In this document: piece after piece, positions 11,876 to 23,609 of the stretch
How the letters are laid out: each line of letters begins with the position of its first letter
Position numbering within the stretch: position 1 is the stretch's first letter
The notes under the pieces: generated by a model
The model's database searches: none
What the model was told of the DNA's origin: nothing
What the model saw: only the letters and a program-made list of their open reading frames with translations
Assembly (NCBI GenBank): GCA_002104905.1
Contig: MCFE01000667.1
Coordinates: forward strand, 1 to 48,350
Direction: 5' to 3'
Source: Basidiobolus meristosporus CBS 931.73
Taxonomy: Eukaryota; Fungi; Basidiobolomycota
Length of the DNA: 48,350 nt
Made by a program: the position numbers and the translations under genes

Positions 11876-12976
11876 TTATCCATCGTCATCATCGTTCCCC
11901 TGGTCAACGTTGCCTAGGAGATTAATTTCTCGAAGTATATTGTATTGTATCGGTACACCGAAGTTCCTGCGAAGGCGATTCCCCATCCACACTCCCTTTC
12001 ACCCCGACGCTTCCAATCCAGCCGCTACCTTCGTCCACCTATCTAGAAGCAAGAACCTTAGCTGACGATATTTCTCTTTCAAACTGTACATTTGCTACTT
12101 GAAATCAATCCCATTGCTTCTCTTTTGCCCTACACTGAAAATAAATGCAACGCGTGAAAGATGGCCAACGGTGCAAGTGTTCCTTGACCAGGGCGCGGCC
12201 GAAGAACTCTCGGTGCGAATCCACAAAACGAAGGGGTTCTTGCCTCCCGGGCAGTAGCCAAGCCCTTCTACACACATGACAAGGCGATTATCTGGCAACG
12301 AATGCGCAGCAGTGGTACTGAATCGCACATGGGCGAATGAATTGGTTGAGATTTGGGTTCCATCACACGTGCAAGTGGTGAAACTAGTTTGAAAGGTCTA
12401 GTGCCATCGTGAGAACAGTTGGGGATGATTTGGTGGACATGGCATGTGATGTTGTTTGAAACTAGTGGATTGGTATTGTGTGCACTCAGGGGTGAAGTGA
12501 AGGCCGGTTTCAAGAGCGCTACTGAGTCAGCTGTTTCTTTTGAGATTGCATCGGTTGGGTTGAGCCTAGGCAAATCAAAAAGTGATGAGCACCAACTTAC
12601 ACCACCGTGGGGTAGCTGAGTACGTGCTTAGCGCCTGTTGCGTTGCGAAAGCTCTGGTTGGTTGTACCAAAGGCTAAAGGCTAAAGGCTAATCGGGTGTT
12701 ACAGATCAATGACTAACCCGAAATGATGGTTGATCAGGATATCGATGCTGCTGCGACATATAATCTGATTGATATACAAGGAGATTTCACAACGGTAGTC
12801 ATCCATCATTGCCCCCAGCAATTGACTCAGCGGCTGATTGTACAGCACCAGCATAGACTCACCACCAGCTGTGGGTCAAAGCTAATGAAGCCCCTTGATG
12901 TTGATGGAGGGAGGGGAATTTTCAACGTCCCCTGGGTAACACCGGAGCTGGCAAAAATGCGCCGAACAATTGGCAT
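11876..12976 (-). CDS. Unidentified multi-exon gene convergent with wc-1; the last two coding segments are separated by a 36-nt intron or an in-frame TGA
   Basis: Splicable exons give MPIVRRIFAS...SFRNATGAKHVLSYPTVVLNPTDAISKE...RAWLLPGRQEPLRFVDSHREFFGRALVKEHLHRWPSFTRCIYFHLKEKYRQLRFLLLDRWTKVAAGLEASG/NFGVPIQYNILREINLLGNVDQGNDDDDG*. Donors include gtgagt, gttagt and gtaagt. Confidence 0.55.
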
Positions 12977-13079
12977 GGTATCTTTTTGGGATAGCTTTCA
13001 CATTTACTGTAGACAGGCCTGTGTGCTTGTTGATAGAACCAGAGAGCTGTGGAGGTGCAGTACAAATGGCTAGCTTCCA

Positions 13080-13560
13080 CTCAGGTTTGTAATCAGACCA
13101 TGTGGAGCATTAGGTGCTAGTCAGAAAGCTGCTAACCCATCCATGGTGATTCTCCAGAAACCAATCAAATGACAAGTGGCCCAAATCTACTATTCAATTC
13201 ATTAGAAATTGCAGTTGGGGAACTACCTCTCAAATCAATATTGCAGTATTGCTAGATCTATAACCACCAAGCCACCGTTGCATACCCCAGGGAGATGGGA
13301 GTATTTCAAGACCAGCAATTCATCTTCAGTCAAACTTATGAACCTGGGGTTTTCATTGGTATTCCTGCCTTTTCACTGGGGTTTTCCACCCCACTTACAG
13401 CCAAAGATTTCGGATTGCCTCAAAGTTGTGAGAAAGCCAGTGACTTGGTTTCCTGCTTTGCATATGAAATAGGTGTACAAGGATTTGAATATTCCATGCA
13501 GCATTCTACTTTGATATAGCCCCTAATCCTGGTATTTTTGAAGTTGCGGTCTAACCCAAG
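13080..13560. repeat. Probable decayed transposon remnant
   Basis: Local CpG-poor, TG/CA-rich stretch between two CpG-normal genes, with the same composition as the TE block; no family could be assigned. Confidence 0.3.
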
Positions 13561-14512
13561 CTGGATTCTTACGGAGTCTGTCAGGGTGTTCTTATAGCGC
13601 CCATCAGAAATCTCGGCTAGCTGGTAAACCCCGAATCCCAGGTGTAAAAATAGCAGTAAGGCTCATAAAATACTGAGACTTTGGTTGCTGAAACGCTGCC
13701 CTACGGATGTTGGTGGCTTTTTCATGGAGTCATACACATTACGGGTAACAATTGATACCTAGTAGAGATGACTCAAGTAACCATTACTTGGCAAACCATA
13801 TAAGCTAGAATATTATCAAATCCAATGGAGGTAACTAATCTGCTAGCATGGGATTAGAGATACTAGTGGGTAACATGCATGTCATCTGACTTGGCATGAT
13901 CGTCTCGGCCATACCGGAATGCGCGAGTCTTTCGTAGCGCACTTAATATCTTGAGCCCTGCCAAGCGATTAATTTGAATCGCGAGTGCTGCAAATGGCCA
14001 AGCATAACTGCCAGAGCTCAACGCTCGCTATCAAAAATCCTCCGAGCTAAGGATAACGAAAGCAGTAACCATGGATGTCACCATTTCCCAAATCCAGTAA
14101 TCGATGATTCCTCATCTACTCTTTCAGAACCCCTCGTAAGATCTCACAAACTTTTAGATCATTTGGCACCCCCATCTTACATGGAGCAGCCAGTAGGTGA
14201 AATCCATCCAAATTCTGCCACCTAGCTTTTGCTTCCCCAGTTTCCCCACTTCTTTTCTTGCCGTTCGTTGTACAGATCCTACATCTGCTGAGATATTGAT
14301 CTGTCTACGGTGCATGATGGATTGGTCAGGATCTAGCTCGTCGTGTCACACGAAAAATTCATTCTACCATATCGATCAAAGGGTGACGAACCCAATGCCA
14401 CTGCTTCAAAATTAATGAAAATTTATTGATAGCCACATGATACAGGCCATGTCAGGTAAGAAGGTGATTATGTTACATGTAGGACAGAGGAGTAATGGAT
14501 GCCAGGCAGAGA

Positions 14513-15943
14513 TTATTGGCCATCTGCCATTCCAATTACGGGGATCAAAATGGCCCAGAAAAGTGGATACACGACTGAGGCGGTTGACGTTGAGTTTGGC
14601 CCGGTCTTGCCACTAGTCGTAGTGTTTGCGTTCCCAGCTGACTGATTTCCACCACCGATTACAATTGGTTTGCTGTTGTCAATAAAGGAACACGAGTCGT
14701 TCTGGCATAAACATTTGCATCCGATGGGGTCCCACCACAGTGTATCGCAGCTATCGGGGACTGGGCAGCGGGCACCAGCGGTGCCAGCCTTGACACTACG
14801 ATCTGGTACGGGGTTGCTGACGCTTGGTTCGGTTGAGGGGCAGCCATAGCACGTGCTGAATGAACCGTTCGCAAAATTGCACATCTCGGGTAGCCCAGGA
14901 TCAATCTGACCCCCTTTGACGTCGGCCACACCATTACATATCTCCTGGGTCTCCGCCTTGGTCTGGCATTTCACGGCAGCAAAATCGCCCATCTTTGACT
15001 TGTCCACGGGGCTCTTCATCCAAGCCAGCAGCTGCTGATTATTCACAAACCAAACATCAGCCTGCTGGGATGCCCAGGTGGAGAAGTCATTCAGCATTTT
15101 CACCTGGTCAGCCGGATAGGCGAGTCCAGGGGATTTGGAGATGTGTGCCGGATGGAGATATATGCCGAAGGGTGCCCTATTGCCGTTGTAGTGTCTGTTG
15201 AAGTTGTCCTTGAGCCATTGTAGAACAGTTTCAGGCTTGGAGTCCAGATTGGGGTCCATCAGGTGTGGCGTGACACCATCCATAACGGCGTACATGGGGA
15301 TCTCCCAGAATCCTGGAAGTTTCAACCCGGCGTCACATATACCGGAGTAGCAATCGTTTGCCAAACCGTTGTCCAGGGTGTAGGGCCAGTACGAGTCGGT
15401 GTCAAGGGCGGTTATACTCGAGTCGTATTCGAACCCAAGGTCCACGGCATTCTTAAATGTGTTGGCGGAATAATTAAGGAATGGGGCACGGAACCCGGCC
15501 AACTTCCCTCTGGGAATTCCCGCAAAGGAGTTGATGGCCAAACGAGACCCACCCATCTCTTCCTTTGATGGATCCCCGACGTGATTCATGGTGTGGCAAG
15601 CAACCTCATGACCCATACCATACCACTGAGTTACCAAGTCGTAGTCCGTGTACTGTGTGCTAACGTAGAAGGTGCCAAGAGCAGGACAGCCGTTGGGGTT
15701 CTTATGGCTTGAAAGGACATCAAGGGCGGCAGGGAAAGTGTATGCCTGCACAGCATCATCGAAGGTGATGGTAACAAACTGTGGAGCATTGGAGCCCGTG
15801 ATACCGCCGGGAGGATTGCTAGAGGCACAATTGCATTTTGGAAGGACACATGTGGTAGGATCACAGCTGTAGGCTGCTTGGAGTTGCTGAGGCAACGCCA
15901 GAGAGAGTAAAACCACGGTAAGCTGTGAGAGTAAAGAGATCAT
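14513..15943 (-). CDS. Secreted, probably GPI-anchored CE4 polysaccharide/chitin deacetylase (CDA-like), 476 aa, intronless
   Basis: True ATG at 15943 gives the signal peptide MISLLSQLTVVLLSLAL (the track's GTG start at 16036 is unlikely). NodB motifs: TFDD, HEVACHTMNH, GFRAPFL, YDSS, PFGIYLH. Cys-rich N- and C-terminal regions, then an S/T/N/G-rich linker and hydrophobic tail (VVYPLFWAILIPVIGM). Confidence 0.92.
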   Translation of the reverse strand: MISLLSQLTVVLLSLALPQQLQAAYSCDPTTCVLPKCNCASSNPPGGITGSNAPQFVTITFDDAVQAYTFPAALDVLSSHKNPNGCPALGTFYVSTQYTDYDLVTQWYGMGHEVACHTMNHVGDPSKEEMGGSRLAINSFAGIPRGKLAGFRAPFLNYSANTFKNAVDLGFEYDSSITALDTDSYWPYTLDNGLANDCYSGICDAGLKLPGFWEIPMYAVMDGVTPHLMDPNLDSKPETVLQWLKDNFNRHYNGNRAPFGIYLHPAHISKSPGLAYPADQVKMLNDFSTWASQQADVWFVNNQQLLAWMKSPVDKSKMGDFAAVKCQTKAETQEICNGVADVKGGQIDPGLPEMCNFANGSFSTCYGCPSTEPSVSNPVPDRSVKAGTAGARCPVPDSCDTLWWDPIGCKCLCQNDSCSFIDNSKPIVIGGGNQSAGNANTTTSGKTGPNSTSTASVVYPLFWAILIPVIGMADGQ

Positions 15944-17149
15944 GGAAAAATGACGGAATAGCACACCTGAAGTGAGGCACACAGCTCGGCCATCCGGGCG
16001 TTTTATAGGAAAATCTCTTGAACCTATGATTGCCACAACTCACACCTCATTATTGTTACAACTCATTTTTCCTCTTTGGGATGGGATGTTTGAATTAGCT
16101 AGCAATGATAACAACAGATCATGACCTACCGGAACCATATTTCTCATTGAGGCTGAATTCATTATTGCCTACTAAAATAATCACCCAATAACCAACACCA
16201 TTGGGTGGGTCTCACATGGTGATTGCAATAAAACCACCATGTAGGAGGTCAACCATTGATGAGCCAGGATTAAGCTTCAAATGAAGCTTCTCTCCTACGC
16301 AGCTTAAGGTGAATAAGGTGGGTGCAGAGAGCTCAGCAGTGCGTGGATATTGCTGGTCAGATAAGGCTGACTATCTTGACTTGCACGGATCATCGGAATA
16401 TCGCAAGACGATCTCTTACGGGAGGGGAAACATCTTTGAACCGCCGAAGTGGAATCATTCTGGCACTTATACGTGACCACCTAGAATTCCATTTCCATGC
16501 AATCCCCCCGCACTCTGGTCAATGCCTTCTTATCCTCATCAATGGCTGAGGCACAAACTGCTTTCCGTGCATGTATGACATGAATAACACTAATACGGCA
16601 CACCGCATCGTGGTTTCGCCAGCGGTTTATTAAGATAAATAGAGTGGGCATGGTTGTTCCGTGAACAAAGAGGTCGCTTTGTTTGGGCAAACCTGTTTAC
16701 TGAGTGATAATGTACTATTGGGCTGTTTACGGGTGGTTGATGTAGAGTCCAGGATCTCCGACAACAATAGCTATCACGGGAAGCTCAATGATCCGTTGAT
16801 TATTAGATTGCCTGGAGTTATACACCCGTCCTCCATAGCCTAGAATGAGATGAGATTGTGATGGTCGCCTTTAATGGATGCGGAAGGTAATTTGGGAAGC
16901 GACGCCCATTATTCGACAGTGCCTAGAATGGATGACGAGCACTCCTGAAAAATCCAGCGAATTACTGTACCAAGTCACACAGAGCCCTGAACATTATTCT
17001 CACAACCTCCCGTGCTCTGCAGCAGGTTGCCAAATCATCCGAATTGTCGATATCACCGTTGTTCCAAATCGGTGAAGTGGCCCACCTACTGAAGTTTCTA
17101 AAAATAATTGATTCCTTGATCCAATCCTCCCGCGATAATTCTTTGCTCT

Positions 17150-19300
17150 GTTGACCGGTTGGGTGGGCTATATATACATCCCAGCCTTCCCTCCCTGATC
17201 CAATTCCCTAATTCGCCTTCCGCTACGAAAAAGGGAATCCTTTGGAAGGGCCATTGGGAATTCTTACCAATTGGGGGAATTTTCATTAATGTGAGTGAGA
17301 CGCCAATTTTGGCTCATCGCCATCAAGTGAGCAGTTTTCCTAATCCGTCGTTCCAGAGCACAAGTGTGCTAGAGGGAAACATGATCCCGATTGCGTCGCC
17401 TCCATGGGGGAGATGGGTTAACCAACCAGGGTTTCCTTTTTGGGGACCGTTCGCTGCTCGGATAAATGGGCCACTCAATGGATTTTCGTGGATCGGTTGC
17501 CATATTCACTACATCGTTGCGGATAAAATCAGTCAGGAGGGCCACGCTCGATCTGCCAGGTGAAACATGGCCATATTTATCTGCGCAAATTCATTACCCA
17601 TTGATTATGATCATATGGCACGACTACGTTACAGGACATGCTGCTAGCAGATGCATGGCGTATTCATGGCAAAGCGGGCGAGTTGCACGAATTCGGGTGC
17701 CATTTATTTGGCGAATTAATGAGTTCCCAATGCTAGTGGTAAGTGTTGGTGGGCCTCGAGCAATCTTGCTACCTCTTGATTCTCTCCTGTCAATTAATGG
17801 GCCCTTCGAATTCAACCTGATTATGACCAGCCCCTCAGGGCGACGCTTGATGATACAAGTGGTACGACCTTTCATTTGACTAGTCTCCTACCAGTCAGAT
17901 CTCACTTGCAATCTCATTGATGGACCTGTTGTGTTATCGCCGCCACCAAAGATTTCCTATGTTACGTACAGTCTCACCCAATTCAAGAGGATGCAGCTTG
18001 GGTTACGTAGGATTCTCCGATGACCATTTCCATCAAGGAACATGCCATGCCATGGCTCTCACGTTCTCGATAACCAAACTTAAGATTCCAAGCAAACACT
18101 GACTCCAGCCGTGTTGGAAAACGCCGATGTGTGAAATCTCTCCCGGATACTACCCCAGGCCATGGTCGAGTCTTGGCTCTGGGGGTTTCTTTTAGCTACA
18201 TGGGCATTTCCTCTCCCAGGAGGAAGACCTGAAATTCTATTTAACCACACGAATACATCGACAGCGTAACCCTAATTCTGTTGCTTGATACAATTTATTG
18301 GTACCTTCGTGGCACTGCTCTTATGTGACTTGGGTTACCTTGATGAGTATGCTTGGCCAGGCATATCACCAACCACACAGAGCCTTCTAGACTGAGAGTG
18401 GCTCGGCTTAAGTTGCCAGCGTGTCTTAATGGGTATGCGTGATACACCATGGGAAACCTGTCTGAGAGTACAGGCTAGATCTCCAGAATGTCCCACCTCG
18501 ATTCAGTCCACCACGATCCCAAATCTTGTTGATACGAGAATACTCCCTCCTCGAATAATCCCACCGCTCATACCTCCACATGTTGTATATAACTGATCCC
18601 TGCCTCCCCACTGATCTCCCCTAGATCCTGGGTGGATGGTGTGATGCGTCTGTGTAGATGCTTGAGGCGAAGAAACCATCGTCGTGCTACCAAGCCCCTG
18701 GCACAGCCTATTCAAGTAGCAATCCTAACGGGACCCAGCAGACAATCTCATCTATTTGTAACCAGGGCCCGCGTCTAGCAATGATTTCCCTCGACCATGT
18801 CCCACGCCTCAAATCCCAAAAGGAGCATTTTTTAGGTAACGCACCGTTTGCACCCCATTTCAGACCTTTCGAAGCTTGGCTCTCAGCCCTCACATCACAG
18901 TAGTAACGCACCCTCAGTGTGATGGTAACGATCCATCCCATCAGGCGCCCAACAATACTGGCCTACCTTCGAATCCCGAAGTGATGGATGAACTAGGCGG
19001 CCTCTCCTTCTATCCATCTTTTGCACCACCTGTTGTCGACCTGCACCCGACAATATCTTGTTTGGCTGAGGAAATGCGGCCATTCTTACTACATAGCATT
19101 TCAGGGGAACCACTTCATCAGAGGGAATCGTGCCCTACCAAGCTTCACTTTCTCTTCGGTAAGATTCATCCCACCAATTTCTCTCACACCGATATAGCCT
19201 CCCCTTGCCGTGCCTGGCTTGGAATCGGACCACCACCAAAGCCTATCGCTAACTCAAGCGGGGTTGGAGGCTAGGGGACTCCGTTCAACTTTGAAGTTAC
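17150..19300 (+). CDS. Probable multi-exon gene of unknown function; boundaries approximate
   Basis: Clear intron signals (gtgagt..ctaat..ccag at 17291-17356, plus gtaagt and gtatgc donors) separate frames such as DLTCNLIDGPVVLSPPPKISY and TWAFPLPGGRPEILFNHTNTSTAHITNHTEPSRLRVARLKLP. A complete model could not be closed. Confidence 0.35.
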
Positions 19301-19959
19301 AGTTGGGAACTCGGAGGGATGCCAATGCAACATCAGTCAGTCGGTGTACCATGGCTATCCTGATCCAGGTGGTAATGGGCTGATAGTAATGATCTGTAAT
19401 ACTGGTCACTCTGGTTGCAAGTACTCAGTGAGGCATCTGATGGTTAAACTGCCGCTTGCTCAATCCGGTAATTTCAATCTCGTATGGTTCTGTGTTGTGA
19501 ATACCCAGGGGGGACGGAGTCTCCAACTTCACTCATAGTACCGTCGATTTCGAATAACCAAAGAAGGTTCGATCCGTTTAGGTTGTGTGCATCCATCGAA
19601 ATATCCGTTCCGTTGTTACATTGGAGATCGACGCGAAATCCTGAAGGATTTCCACTACGATATTTTGGATCGGATCTGACGACCGCTGATGTATCCCATT
19701 CGGCACCAAATCCATCATCCATCACGATCTGCGTAGTGGAAATGAATGTGGGGATCTTTTGGGCGATTCGGACGAATGGTGGAACCATCGAAAAGGTTGG
19801 AAACCTGCAAAGCAACCCATTAGCCCTAAGCTGGATACTCCGGCTTTCTTAGGCTTTGGGGTTTGGCCACTGAACTAATGATTCTTTGCATGGTTCCACT
19901 TGCCACAAGGCTTGGAATATTGTGTTTTGGATGTCTTTCGCACTGATGTATGGATTGTG

Positions 19960-21040
19960 GTAAAATCGGAAGTGGCTGGCTGATCGAGTGGTTCAAGTGG
20001 TATTCTCATACTGATTCGTTGAATATAAAAGTGGTGTTTATATTTTTACGTGGTCTTGACAGCTGTAAATTTCGTAATTACACCTAAATACTCCCTTAAC
20101 TTAGTCACTTGAATCATAGTCTACAAATATTAGTCCATTTTGTCGAAACTCCTTGTTGGGATTCACTTTGAATATCTCACTGAAACAACAGGTACGGCTT
20201 GGGAGAACTAGTAGATTATGTGGTCTTCACTTGATGATTTATTGAATATAAAAGTAGTACTTATACTTTTGCATAGTCTTGGCAAGACAAACACATAGAA
20301 TATGCTTAGGAAGGCCCGAAGAGCATGTGTGCAAAGTTTGGGGCTGTTTGGACAACTTTGAGATTTCTAAAGTTCTGGGTACCTGATATTTTGGTGAAAG
20401 TATTCCAAGTAAATCCCAACAAGGAATTTGGCCAGAATACCAGTGTTTGCACTTCTACATTAAGTAAATCATCAAGTGAAAACCACAAAATCCACCAATT
20501 CTGCTAATCACTTCCAATATCTCCAAGATTCACACAAGATTGGCAGAACCTACACACACAATATGCTTACAAAGGTCCCAAGTGCATGCGTGCAAACTTT
20601 GGGGCCTTTGGCCATCTTTAGGAAATTCTTTATACTCTGGGTGCCTGATATTTGTTGTAAGTTCCATATTTACACCTAAAAATTCACTTGATTTAGTCAC
20701 ATCATTGCCTACAAATCTTAGAGAGTTCTGGCCAAATGCCTTGTTGGGATTTACTTGGAATATAATTCACCAAAATATCAGGTGCCCAGAACAAGAAATA
20801 TCTCAAATTTGTCCAAACAGCCCTGAACTTTGCACAGATGTGCCCGGGACCTTCCTCAACATATTTTACGTGCTTGTTTTGCCAAGATCATGTACAAGTA
20901 GTATTTGTACTTTTACATTCAATAAATCATCAAGTGAAAACCACATAATCTACTTGTTATCCCAATCACTTCCAGTATCTCCAAAACTCCTACAACATAA
21001 TTGCTTGTAGTATAAATAATTCCAAGAGCAACCCTAGAGC
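19960..21040. mobile_element. Nest of about four copia-family LTRs inserted into one another in alternating orientation
   Basis: Segments match the 350-bp LTR at 30246/40315: (-)19960-20060, (+)20061-20198, (-)20199-20440, (+)20441-20540, (-)20541-20652, (+)20653-20997. Interrupted copies resume at roughly the expected position. Confidence 0.8.
20653..20997 (+). mobile_element. Full-length solo LTR of the copia family
   Basis: TGTTGTA...TACAACA termini, internal AATAAA, 345 bp; flanks atatt/taatt (imperfect TSD). Confidence 0.85.
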
Positions 21041-21492
21041 AGGGTAGTATATTGAATTTTGAGCTTGGCAAAAAGAAAAAAGAAAGACCCTATAAATTCT
21101 GCCTGACAAAATAATGATAATGTGTTTGGAGTGGCCACAGCAAGTGGGGTACAAAGATTAGGGTGAATTGGTCTGGTAACTCACTATTCATTGACTCTGC
21201 CAAAAATATTGATGGACACTATGTTATATATATATATGGTTGACAGGATATCAGCACATATCACTGTGGAAGTCCTTACCAATACCAGGTATTTCAAACC
21301 TTCTTTGACAAGCCAAAATTTTCACAAAACACATACCATTGTTTTACAAAGTTCTACTCATAATTAGTAATTATAATGTGAAAGGACATCTTTTGGTTGA
21401 TAGTATTGACACTTTTGTAAGCCAGATATTTGATGTTGTAAGAGATACCTTCTTTGAAAGCTTACATTAATATATGAATTATACCATGTTTT

Positions 21493-21840
21493 TGTTGTAA
21501 TAGATTTGGAAATATTGGAAGTGATTGGGAGAGCAAGTAGATTATGTGGTTTTCACTTAATGATTTATTGAATGTAAGAGTACAAATACTACATGTACAT
21601 GGTCTTGGCAAAACAAACACGTAGAATATGTTTAGGAAGGTCCCAAGAACATGTGTGCAAAGTTTGGGGCTGTTTGCACAACTTATCGAAATCTCATGTT
21701 CTGGGTACCTGATGTTTTGATGAAGATATTCGAAGTAAATCCCGACAAGGAATTTGCTCAGAATTCTCTAAGATTCGTAGGTAATGATCCAAGTGACTAA
21801 GTTTGGTGAATATTTAGGTGGAATTCCGAAATTTACAACA
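21493..21840 (-). mobile_element. Full-length solo LTR of the copia family, the CpG-richest complete copy
   Basis: TGTTGTAA...TTACAACA termini, 348 bp, colinear with the other LTR copies; about 6 CpG retained. Confidence 0.88.
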
Positions 21841-23609
21841 CAAGTGACCAAGTTGAATGGTTTGGTCGCTGAGTGAAATAAATTCCAACTATATTCGTAG
21901 CTGAATAGCGAAGCAACAATCGAGCAATTATCAGAGGGTAATATTGATTACTAGCAGCATGTACTAGGTTGCAAACTGTAATATACACCCAGCGTACATT
22001 TTTCAATACAACTCCAAATGGAACATCACGACTCAATAATCCCGGCAACATTAAGTAGTAGCTCATGTAACATCACTCCAAAGGTACCTCAATAATCACT
22101 TGGTGCTAGGGTTTTACGAAGAAATGGTTTGCCAAGTAAAAATCCTGTGGTTGACCTCGTCGAGCGAACATTACAGTAGATCGTGGAGAGGCATCTGTGA
22201 GGGGGGAAGGGATTCTTCATCTTTCTAGCGATGCCACCATTCCAAGAAAGAAAGTGCCCACTCATTTTACGACCAGGCACCCACTGAGAATTGAATTCAT
22301 TGGGGGTGGGTTGGGTACTAGGTTTTAAGGGATTCCTAATCTAGATCGTCCAATTTAAGCGTATGATCCCATATGAATGAGGGCACGACACAGGCCCGAT
22401 GTTCAGACAGCAGTGATCTATCTTCACCTGATGAATGAGGCACTACTTGCCAAGGCCTTCCTAGGGTCAGATCTACTCTGGGCATTGTCAAGCATGCTAG
22501 TAGAAAGTTCTCGATCGGTCGGTCGATCCAGCTAATACCAGGAACACCAGTGCTAGGGAGTCATGAGAAGTAGATTTGGTTGGGATTCACTTGACCGTGA
22601 AACAGCAAGGTTCTAGCATCCGTTCGCATACTGCACACCTCTCAGATGCTAAGCCGACTGACTACTAGCGAAACGGTCTGACCAAGGGGCCACCTGTATG
22701 AGACCCGGTGGTAAAACGGCCCACGTAACACCCAGATAATCCGATTGATGCGCGATCTCTTGAGTGTATGCAACGTATTTCACGTGCTCTCGATGCCTTG
22801 AAGCCATCTAAATCAAAGGGTGCCGGTGTAGGTGGGCCATTCCCAACCGGATGGATTGATGTCTGGCGAGGGAATGAACATGCCTGCACACCTATGACTC
22901 ATTGGCAAGTGCTGTGCTGTGCTGTGCTGTGCTCTATCCTCCTCCAACAGACACTCAGCGTCGATTCATGCAACCCCAGGACCGTGCTTCAGATCTGGAA
23001 ACCGGCGAATCATCGCTTTGCTTTCACCTGGATCTTGGGAAGTCCGTAGGATTAAGATAGCAAACATGCAACAGGGATTCGTTTCAGCATTGATCGTAGC
23101 TACCTGTGGCCCAGATTCCCCACCGGTTTCTCTTGGTCGGTGAAAGGCGTCGGGTGACCAAATCGATGCTTTCCCACTCGCCATCAGGTTTCCTGCATGC
23201 AGCACCACGGGTACACGCTAGCCCAAGGTCAACTTCGACGGGATGTCCCGGGAATGGGCTGGGTGACTTGTCTCGCATGCCCACTCAATATCGAACCAAT
23301 CCCGCCTGGGCAGGGACAGCCATGTAACGAAAACCATATATTTGAGTCAGATGCTAATGGGAGGAAGCTATTCCGGATATACATATTTGGAACCGAGAAA
23401 TTTGTTTTCTTGCACTGCAATAGATGAGCTAGCTGAACGCCCGCCGTGGAAGGGACCTTCCCTGTCGTCTTCCACCGAAGCGGTGCGTTCCAGCTGGCAT
23501 GGGGGAAAGATGTCTACGTGTGAAATTCAACTGGATGTGTAACATGGTGCTGGGTTGGGGATGAAAATAACTACATATTTAAAGAGTATGCAAAACAAAA
23601 ATCTACATT

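Noticed and set aside
12670-12691. (AAGGCTA)x3, and (GCTGT)x4 near 22910-22933
   Set aside because: Simple slippage microrepeats; the first lies in a predicted intron.
1-15943. GNA1 plus a chitin deacetylase as an amino-sugar gene cluster
   Set aside because: They are 14 kb apart with unrelated genes between them, and no chitin synthase or other pathway gene is present; chance is sufficient.
15944-16036. N-terminal extension of the deacetylase ORF from the GTG at 16036
   Set aside because: The downstream ATG at 15943 gives a canonical signal peptide, and fungal GTG starts are rare.
16214-16289. Two 8-bp hairpins (acatggtg/caccatgt and aagcttca/tgaagctt)
   Set aside because: Short stems expected by chance in 48 kb; no Helitron-type CTRR end or other supporting context.
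21850-23400. Possible gene between the solo LTR and CDC27
   Set aside because: Some splice-like signals and short frames exist on the minus strand, but I could not build a consistent model or find a motif, so it is left unannotated.
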